64,000 nt of DNA, taken from contig NC_079168.1 of assembly GCF_947568905.1 (NCBI RefSeq), forward strand, positions 93,930,001-93,994,000. Reading direction: 5' to 3'. The notes beneath the pieces were generated by a model that saw only the letters and a list, made by a program, of their open reading frames with translations, was not told the DNA's origin and did not search any database. Shown here piece after piece: positions 36,493-45,532 of the stretch. The stretch's first letter is position 1. Every line of letters begins with the position of its first letter. Source of the DNA: Ostrea edulis (Eukaryota). The position numbers and the translations under genes were made by a program.

Positions 36493-37990
36493 TTAATTTA
36501 TTGTGTTATAGTCACTTTTATTGAGTTTTTTTAAATGGCTTCTACTGTTTTTGTCACACACTTAACAAGTTTGTGTTTTTCCTTGTACTTGAGTTTCTTC
36601 ATTACCGAACAGACATTTATGGGCGGGGAAAAGTGTCGTTAGTGAACACAGGTTGAATGAACGTTTCTTAGTCTTACAGTTCACTTGACTCAGCGCAACT
36701 TCGTCAATACTCAAGTTTTACTTCTAGTAACTAATTAATATTTGTAAATTATTATAACACCAGCGATTGAAACCATGCAAGGCACCATTTAAAGGTGGTA
36801 AACAATCTATGCCTTTATTATTCTTGGGACTCTGTCTTATGTGACATCTTTATAAGTAAGCTGAAAATTGATAAGGTGTTCAATATTACATAATCTATTT
36901 ACAATTGTAGATTAATACAATTCATTAATCTAAATTATTCATAAATTAGTTTATTGTTTGTAATATGTCATATTCTCAATAGTCGAGCCATTATTTATCA
37001 GGATTTCCCCCATTTTTGCATTATATACTCAAAAGTAATCCATGTGCTTTCTTTTTATTGATTATACACATTTATGGGCTTCCATACATTAGATAAAGAC
37101 ATGGAAATGTGGACAACGATTTTTATGTTGAAAGTTATATTTACTAACTCAAGATTGTATATATATCATATAGAGATAGGGTCTACGGATTGTAGTATCT
37201 AGGAATGAACAGTTTTTCATACTGTTTATTAAGTATTCATTGAACATGTTAATAGGTACATGTTATTTTTGGGAATGTAGTTTACACTGTATAATTTCGT
37301 AAGACATGAATTTGTAGACATTTAAAATATGTATCACTTTCCTTAATACACTGTCTTCTATTTTTATACTTATTTCTCACAAATGTCCTCTCTGGGACGT
37401 CCCTATCTCGTTGTTTGTGTTTACAATGTGACGTCTGTAATGCGATATGGAACACCGTAACAGCCATGTTGAATTTGCGAAAATTTTGATAAATTCAAAT
37501 GGCCATATCTTGAAAACGCCCCAACATAAATTTATCAAACAACCTTCATTTACCTTTATTTTATACACACTTTTAAAAAATCATAGTGTAGAACAATCCC
37601 TAGAGGGGGGAGGTAATGTGTTACTGGCCCATGGTCTACTAGGGCTGAGTATGCCGAGCTAAAAAAAAAGGTGAAGCGCGTGCTGAGCAAAGTCGGGAAG
37701 CGCGTGCCGAGCTGGGACTGTGCGTGCCGTTCTAGGACTCTATGAGCTCGAAGAGCACTACGACGTCATAATAGGAGTAAAAGCGGGAAGCGCTTGCCGA
37801 GTTAGGGGAATAAAGGCGCTATGACGTAACATTCAGGTTAAAGTCGAGATTGCTATGACTACGAGCTCTAGGGAGAGCAGGAGTTCAATAGGATCGCAGA
37901 CTTATGACGTCATCCTTCTATATTCATTGTCACGATCTCCTTGCGATTGTCGTGCCCTCACTTATTTTCCGGTTGTTGAAAGTCATGATT

Positions 37991-38201
37991 ATGAAGTATT
38001 GTTGTATCGTAGATTGCCACAATTCTCATGGGAAGACGACAAGTTTGGCTGAAACTGTTAGCTACTTCAGCTTTCGAAAAGGGAACGACCCTAATTTCAA
38101 ACTTTACAGGTCAAAACTTATTGCAGCAGCGAGCAGAGTTGACCCAACTTTCAATGCAGATACGACATTTCATTGTTCAGTTCATTTCGACAAGATCTGT
38201 A
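37991..38201 (+). pseudogene. THAP-domain exon cut at its 3' end by a SINE
   Basis: MKYCCIVDCHNS...SYFSF...CSVHF C2CH pattern; continuity lost at the SINE start (38202). Confidence 0.75.
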
Positions 38202-38508
38202 TTCGCCCCGCATGCGGTAGGCCGGGGTTCGAATCCCGATCGCGACAGACCCAAGTCGTTAAAACAGGTAGTGGTAGTTCCATCGCTAAATGCTCGTCAT
38301 CAGGTGTGAATGTCACGGGTCCTCGGAGATGACCTTAAAAACGGATGTCCCGTGTCACAGTAGGTGTAGCACGCTAAAGAACTCTCACTGCTCAATGGCC
38401 GTAAGTGCCAAGCATAGGCCTAAATTTGAAGCCCTTCACCGGTCTTGGTGACGTCTTCATATGAGTGAAAAATTCTCGAGCGAGACGTTAAGCAAGATAC
38501 AATCAATC
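38202..38508 (+). mobile_element. Meta-domain SINE, tRNA head 5'-truncated
   Basis: B box GGTTCGAATCCC, Meta core GTCCCGTGTCACAGTAGGTGTAGCACGCTAAAGAAC, CAAT tail. Confidence 0.85.
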
Positions 38509-38659
38509 TACTATTTCGTGGTATATAATATTACAGGATACTTGCTTCTTATTTTAGAAATTAAATTGCTAAAAAAAAAAAAAAGATTACACTGTAGATA
38601 ATACCATAGGAGACTCGCTACGCTCGCGAAGCTCAGTGGTTGTTGTTTACATTCATTTT

Positions 38660-39456
38660 ATTACAATCATTTAAGGATTATCTCCCTCATGCATAGCACT
38701 ATCCTTGGACGAATTTGGCTACAGTTTTTGGCACTCTGGTTTTCCTTTTAGCTGGGTTAGGGTCAGGGTTAGGGTTTTCCAATTTCCAAAATTTCGGCTT
38801 GAGTATCACTGAAAAGACATTATTTGTCGAAATGCGCATCTGGTACATCAAAATTGGTACCGTATAAGTTTTACATTGTAGACGTTTACAGATAAAACTC
38901 CCGACTCCTGTGATGATACTGCACCAGTTCATGCATAGCTTTGATGCTTAGACGAATTTGACTCCAGTAGACCTTACTTTTTTTTTTGGTTCTTATAAGT
39001 TTATTGTTATTTCGGATTTCCAATATTTCGGCTTGAGCATCAGTGAAGAGACATTATTTGTCGAAATGCGCATCTGGTGCATCAAAATTGGTACTGTATA
39101 AGTTTTACATTACGACCCCTGAGTCGAGGCCTCTGCTGGTGAACTGTTAGTCCCCGAGGGTCTCTACAGCTCAGAAGCTACGTACTTCGTTACTAGCTTG
39201 AAAATACGGATGTTTAATTTTAAATTGCTGTGATAAAATTTAAAAATCCATTTCAAAATTAAGGATTATCTCCCTCATGCATATCTCTGATGCCTAGACG
39301 AATTTGATTCCAGTCGTTGGGACGTTTGTTTTTTAGTTCTTATAATTTCATTGTTATTTCGAATTTCTAATATTTCGGCTTGAGCATCACTGAAAAGACA
39401 TTATTTGTCGACATGCACATCTGGTGCATCAAAATTGGTACCGTATAAGTTTTACA
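38660..39456 (+). repeat. Head-to-tail array of the ~350-bp AAGGATTATCTCCCTC repeat (one full and two partial units)
   Basis: AAAATTGGTAC(C/T)GTATAAGTTTTACAT recurs at about 38850, 39085, 39433. Confidence 0.8.
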
Positions 39457-39523
39457 TACAGTACATGTATGTATACAGCGGTCAGACGAATTCGATTGCT
39501 GTGGCCAGATGGCTCAGTTAGTA

Positions 39524-41333
39524 GGGGTACCTGTAAAGTGCGAAACGAAATCGAAACGAAACGAAATCTACCGAAACGAAACGAAATCTACCGAAAGGAA
39601 ACGAAATTCAACGAAACGAAACCTACCGAAACGAAACGAAACAGATTGTATAACTGAACTCTTTTAATTATAATAATTAAAAATGGTATCTTAGGCCCCT
39701 GTGAAAGTTACCACATATAACAATCGCCTCTCCTTTGATATAGGCTTTCGGCTTGACTGTTACAAAGTTTTAAAAGTTGGAAAGGGGGGGGGGGGGTAAG
39801 CACAAAGTACATATCCGTAGTTGATTAAATACCATGTACAATTAGTTTTGGATCCATAAATTTCAGAACCGAGGGTTACAGTCTCAAAGATCTGGGGAAA
39901 CGCATTATACGAGGGGTGGGATCGCCGACGTTGGATCCGCCTTTGGGCATAGATACATCGTTTGAAGAAGCTCGTGTCTGAAAAAATTGAAAGCAGGAAG
40001 AGCTCTTAACCTCTTATTTTATCTCTAACTGGTGAGGTGCGAGTACTTTCAATAATGGAAAAACTCTATACAGTTGGAGTGTTGCTAAGACGGGAAATTG
40101 AAAACGGGTCGGAAAACGGAATTTTTTTAATGCAATGATATTAGGAGGAGGTCGGCATTTTGTAAACTGAAAAGGCTTAAGAACGAGGGAATTTTAAGTA
40201 GAAATCGCAAAGAGAACGGGAGGGCATATTCAGAATCCACCGTTTGATATACTACATACAAATACACAATATCCACATTTATTATATAGCTAATAAATAG
40301 TCTAATATAAAATCTGCGTAAAATCTAGAGAATGTTAGCGTTCAATATCCTGAGAATTTATTGAACGCTAACTTTACATTGCGTAAATTGTATGCACCCG
40401 AAACATTCCGAGTATGAGCGTTCAATATTGACGTTACCGTAACGACGTAAACAAGCCAAAATGGCAAACGACGGTCCTCCGAACCTGACAGAGCCGGTAT
40501 TTTGATATTTACTTAAGCAAAATGTTTTACTGTACATAAATTATGATGTCCCCATTTACAAAATCAGTTTGCTTTATGCATTAATGACGGGTTAAATATT
40601 GAACAGTTAAGAAATGCATGCTGTTATTGCACACTGCCAATATTGATGAATTATCGTCTATTTTGGAGTAGTTTGAGTGAAAAGGGATATAATTTAACAA
40701 CTAAATACTTTAGCTATATAATAAAAGGGTTATTGAACTTATATAGGTGAATATTGGCACTCGTTGGCTGTCAAAATGCACTCGCAAGCTCGTGCATTTT
40801 GACAGCCAACTCGTGCCAATATTCACCAATATAAGTTCAATAACCCTATAGTATACATATATTTGTCTTTAGAGCAAAAATACTGAAACATGTATTTATG
40901 TCCAAAAGCGGATCCAACGCCGATAACCCCATCCCTCGTTTAGTGTGTTTCCGCAGACCTCTGACCTGTGAGACTGTAACCTTCCGTTCTGAAATTTATG
41001 GATCCGAAGCTAATTGCACATGATATTTATGTACTTTGTGCTTACCCCCCCCCCCCCCCTTTCCAACTTTTAAAACTTTGTATCAGTCAAGCCGAAAGCC
41101 TACATCAAAGGGGAGGCGAATTTTGTTTATATGTGTAAACTTTAACAAGGGCCTAAAGTACCATTTTTAATTATTACAATTAAAAGAGTTCGATTATACA
41201 ATCTGTTTCGTTTCGTTTCGGTAGGTTTCATTTCGTTTCGGTGGGTTTCGTTTCGTTTCGGTGGGTTTCGTTTCGTTTCGATAGATTTCGTTTCGTTTCG
41301 TTTCGATTTCGTTTTGCACTTTACAGGTACCCC
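39524..41333. mobile_element. 1810-bp foldback/MITE with about 430-bp TIRs containing (GAAAC)n, 8-bp TSD
   Basis: GGGGTACCTGTAAAGTGC / GCACTTTACAGGTACCCC; AGTTAGTA at 39516-39523 and 41334-41341. GG termini with an 8-bp TSD suggest Merlin or Mutator. Confidence 0.9.
40283..40854. mobile_element. ~570-bp insertion with a long terminal hairpin and no TIRs (Crypton-like, inferred)
   Basis: Absent from the sister copy at about 33530 (CAATATCCACATGTATACATACATTTGTCC); TATAG at both ends; 55-bp stem at 40727-40846. Confidence 0.55.
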
Positions 41334-42199
41334 AGTTAGTAGAGCACCTAATTAGAAGTTTGAATCCCAATCTGGTTCGTTGCATATTCCTCCTTCCTGT
41401 TGTATCAAAATATCTAAAAGTCCTAATTCAAAGTCTCATTCAAGATAAACCGTTGGTGTAAAAATGTCTGCTTAAAGTAAAAGGACCTGTCGCAAAATAT
41501 TTGCATTCTTAAATATATGATCCTTCTCCATTATAAGATTAATTTAAAGGTTAATTATTTCAACTTGGAAGAAGTAAAGAGGGACGCCATGAAGTGTGAA
41601 GAGTGGATAGTATTAAAATCTGACCATTCACTTCTGGGCCAGTATGACCATACGACTGGTAGATTCTCAAAAAGAGTGGTCATCGGTTCAGATTTATCTA
41701 TAAACGTGTTTTTGAAGGTCTGTTCAACATATGTATAAGATGATATTATAGTATATGTATTCATTTTTTTTTTCCATTGTGCACAAAATATCCTTTACAT
41801 CTCTGTAGATCAGAACGAGGCTGGATCATCTGAAAAGTCGGCCATACATTGAATCATTCTCAAAATATCATTCAATTGTCAAACTATTGCTATCAATTAC
41901 TCAGTTTACAATTGTGAAATGCAATTTTGAATGCTTTAAAAATCAACAAAGTGCAAGTTCGCAGGTCGTCCTACACTTGTTAAAAAGTTGCTGGATCAAC
42001 ATCATGACTAGTATTTCATGTACTTTTTTCAATGCAATGCTAATATTAACCATGTACACAATTTTACTTAATTTATTCGTATTATCATTTTGTTTATTGC
42101 TTTGCATATTGATAATTATTTTTACAGCTTTATATATTGCACTAAACTTTTAATTATGGTCAATTTAAAGCAATAAAATGCAAGTAACCTCATATTTTA

Positions 42200-43372
42200 C
42201 ATGCAGAGGTGTGTGTCACAGGATTGGGAAGATCAGTAGAGAAAATGCCCCTAGTAACCTATTTACAGAAAGTTGCCATCTTAAGTAAATGTACTGGTGT
42301 GGAGGATTTCACAGATGGGCCACTTCAAAATGATGGTTACAGGTTTGTTTCAACCTTCATAATCAATGGCAAGCCCATTACAAAAACTACCATCAGATCA
42401 CATTTATGGTGGTATCCAGAAAGTTGACACAAATAGATATGAAAGTTGTGGTGTATTGCTCGACAAACATTCCAAGTAAAGAACTGCAGGTAACAGAACT
42501 GTGCATCCAAAAACTCCATTAACTTCTCTGCCCCAAAGATCATTGATTCAAGAGATGAAAGCTGCACGGCAAGGAAATGAAAAAGCCCAAGCTATTTTGA
42601 CTGCTTTAAAAAGTGGTTGAAAAAACTATTCTTGCAGATGATGTTAGTAAGGGCCTCTTATCATCTGTAGAGAACAAAAAAAAACTATGCTTGCAGATGA
42701 TGTTAGTAAGGGCCTCTTCTAATCTGTAGAGAACAAAAAAAAAAAAAAACTATTCTTGCGTATGATGTTAGTAAGGGCCTCTTCTAATCTGTAGAGAACA
42801 AAAAAAAAACTATTCTTGCAGATGATGTTAGTAAGGGCCTCTTATCATCTGTAGAGAAGAAAAAGCCAGACAACACTCTGATGGATTTGTTCTGGGAAGA
42901 GCAAAAGAAGGCTTTTTCAACTAGTTCAAAAGTCAAGATACATTTAAGAAAGCAAGAGTATTGTATTACATCATATTTATATAAATTTAATCCATGGTGT
43001 CGTGTGTTAATAGAAACGATGAATGATGACGCAAGTTTTATAGTCTGTTTTGAGCGATGTAATTGTAACAATTTTGCATATTGGAGACCAAAGGTCCCCT
43101 CATGCAGGTTTATTAATAGAAAATATATTTGCTTTGAATGATGAGAGCCAATGGTTTATTATATTGGTTTATTGTGCACATTCTACATGTACCTTGGCTC
43201 CTTTCAATAGGAATGAGGTGGCATCCTATGGTGATTATTTTGCATTATACCTCCAATATCAAAGGTCCACGGCATATGGTGTTTTGTGTGAGTCAGGAGT
43301 ACTACGCCTCCCTAACAAATCAACTCTGCGGGATTACACCAACTTTATTCAACCAAAATCTGGTTTCAAACT
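42200..43372 (+). pseudogene. P-element/THAP9-like transposase N-terminal relic
   Basis: MDLFWEEQKKAF (42881) and GMRWHPMVI / FALYLQYQRSTAYGVLCESGVLRLPNKSTLRDYT...GF (43200-43372), the typical Tnp_P N-terminal block; frameshifted. Confidence 0.8.
42621..42857 (+). repeat. Tandem repeat, 4 x about 57-64 bp, inside the P-transposase relic
   Basis: Unit (A)nCTATTCTTGCAGATGATGTTAGTAAGGGCCTCTT...ATCTGTAGAGAAC with variable poly-A junctions. Confidence 0.95.
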
Positions 43373-43503
43373 CAGGCCTTAGGGGGAACATATTTAGATA
43401 TGTTCAACATCTTGAGTAACATTTAGTTATAGTAATGATGTCTCCCCCCTTCAGAGGGGGGGGGGTCATATTTTTTGTACTTTTGTCCATCCATCTGTCT
43501 GTC

Positions 43504-44113
43504 TGTAACCAGATGACCTTAAGAATTGATTGTATTATCACTTATATTAGTCTTGCATTATCTTTATCGATTATATTAGCCTTAATTACCAATTATATTA
43601 TTAAATTTACAATGTATGTGAGTGATGCAGGCCTGTGGAATCTTACTGATCATATTTAGTCATTTTAGCTGATGAAATTATGTAAGCCGCATTGCAAACA
43701 AATACATAAAGGTCACCATGTTTTGTACGACCTTTATGAGTAAAACTCGCGATACTGTTATTCCAGTACCTGCATCACCCATAAATGATTGGCAGTTGGG
43801 ACAGTTTTGTTACCAAAAATGTACACTACTGCAGCTGCGTTTATTATAGCGCATTAGTGTCAATAATGTTAATCACGTACCCATTTCATATATATATATA
43901 CGTTTGTAAATTTGTCAAAAAGGAGAAGAGAATAGAACCTGGTATTGTATTTGAATGTTGCTGAGTTTATGTTAGAAATAAACTTTGAAACCAACACGAA
44001 TTGAGTGTAGTTAAGACTTTGTTGGTAGAAGTCAGAGTAATAAGACTTTGTTAGTATAAGTCTTCAGGTTAAGACTTTGTTGGAAGAAGTCTTAAACAAA
44101 TAATCCGGTTACA
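43504..44113 (+). repeat. 5' LTR (610 bp)
   Basis: TGTAACC...GGTTACA; by-eye comparison with the 3' LTR shows 2 substitutions and one 57-bp indel. Confidence 0.97.
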
Positions 44114-44126
44114 TAGTGATTATTTT

Positions 44127-44148
44127 TGGTGCCGTCTTGACCAGGATT
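44127..44148 (+). other. Primer binding site, tRNA-His-like with a 3-nt insertion
   Basis: TGGTGCCGTCTTGACCAGGATT versus TGGTGCCGTGACCAGGATT, the complement of the invertebrate tRNA-His 3' end. Confidence 0.75.
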
Positions 44149-44269
44149 ACGGAAGCAGAGTAAGGACAGGACAGGAAGCAGACTTTTAAAAACAATTGCA
44201 GTTAAGGTAGGAACGTTTTCCTTCAGAACTTTACCTTCTGACTTAAGAGCATCTTAGCATGGTCTTAGT

Positions 44270-45532
44270 ATGTCTCTTGATAGAGAAGCCTTTAGTAAAG
44301 CACTAGATGAATTAACAGAAAAGTTTGGGGATATTCAGTTAAATCAAAATAATAAAATGGGAGAGAAACAACAATCAGAAATACCTTCTTTACGTATAAC
44401 AGAGGCCCCATCCTCTCAGATTTGTCCCGGTGATCCAATGTCCACATACACCTAAGCTAGGCGTCAGGATGACGATGATAAGGAATTTTTCATTAATCAG
44501 ATTAAGGCAATGACTGCCGCGTTATCTATACCTCTATCATCAGTAGTAACACCATTTGAGGGGGATCCCAGAAAATTTAAGCAATGGGTCAAAGAAGTAG
44601 AGAAATATGCCCTCATGTCAGGAAAACAGAACAATGAAGTTCCTACTCTCGCATATATGACTTGTAAAGGGTCAGTAGGAGATTTTATCAAAAGATATTT
44701 AGATGAAACAGAGGCGTTAGAGAGCGTTCCAAGTTGGAATGATTTAAAGAAATTGCTTAAGAATAGATTCTCTGAAATAACAGATTCACAGCATGCGCTC
44801 GCAGTTATGCGGAGGACCCGACAATCTGACAATGAGAGTGTACAGTTGTTCGCGGAGCGTTTGCTACAAATTGCAGAGGATGCATATGATTCTGAAAGAA
44901 TGGCGGATCCGCTAATTCAACAGCAATTAGTAGACATCTTCTGTGATGGCATAGCATATGACTACCTTAGGATGAAAATCTTAAGAGAAAATCCTAGAAA
45001 TTTAGAATCTGCGGTAGAAGTAGCTATGAAGGAACAAAATCTTAGAAAGAGATTGAATTTACGCAGCGCAGATACCACTAAGTCAACTGAACCACTGAAT
45101 GAAGCACGTTTTGACACTACCCCTCATTTCATGGCTCAGAATTTTGGTCAAGCCCCGTATACTTCTCGGTATGAAGAACCCATGGAGGTAGATCACTATC
45201 GAGGTATTCAGTGTTATAAATGTAAGAAAAAGGGACATAAAGCAAATAAATGCTCTACTAACCAATCCTCAAAGTCTCAAAAACAACAACCTTTCAAATA
45301 TTCGAAAACAGTCAATTCAGTGACCCCAGATAGTAACAAAAATAATATTCAATGCTGGCGTTGTCACGAGTACGGTCACGTGAAAGCCGACTGTCAACGG
45401 AGAATTAGTCGAAGTCGTTGGCGAAATGATGAAAAGTATCGAACGAGAGAGAGGGCACCAGATCGTTGGTCTGAACAAAATGAATCCGAACCCAAACAAA
45501 ACTTCCGTCATAGATCTAATCAGGAAAACTAG
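44270..45532 (+). CDS. gag: Gag with two CCHC knuckles; one in-frame TAA at 44453-44455
   Basis: ORFs 44270-44455 and 44510-45532 share a frame that is open between them; FEGDPRKFKQWVKEVEKY; CYKCKKKGHKANKC and CWRCHEYGHVKADC. Confidence 0.9.

Larger units (their letters stand above)
34258..37638. mobile_element. 3381-bp non-autonomous TIR element with 3-bp TSD (CTA) carrying a ~170-bp satellite array and nested SINEs
   Basis: TAGACCATGGGCTAGTAA / TTACTGGCCCATGGTCTA (17/18); CTA at 34255-34257 and 37639-37641. Confidence 0.8.
34100..37850 (+). repeat. GCGCGTGCCGAGCT direct-repeat array (34100-34257 and 37639-37850) split by an insertion; probable subterminal region of the THAP/P element
   Basis: Same-orientation repeats on both sides; removing 34258-37641 restores the unit ...AAGCTAGGGCTG. 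Confidence 0.6.
39501..41385 (+). mobile_element. Short tRNA-derived SINE-like element (39501-39523 + 41334-41385) split in its A box
   Basis: Rejoined: GTGGCCAGATGGCTCAGTTAGTAGAGCACC...TTTGAATCCCAATCTGG, i.e. A box and degenerate B box. Confidence 0.6.

Noticed and set aside
39424-41385. ORFs with repeated ETKRN peptides (39424-39657, 41194-41385)
   Set aside because: Translations of the (GAAAC)n microsatellite in the foldback arms.
43614-43668. The 57-bp LTR indel as a spliced-out intron (GTATGT...TTTTAG)
   Set aside because: GT-AG removal would delete 55 nt and leave CT; the 3' LTR lacks 57 nt, which fits TG microhomology instead.
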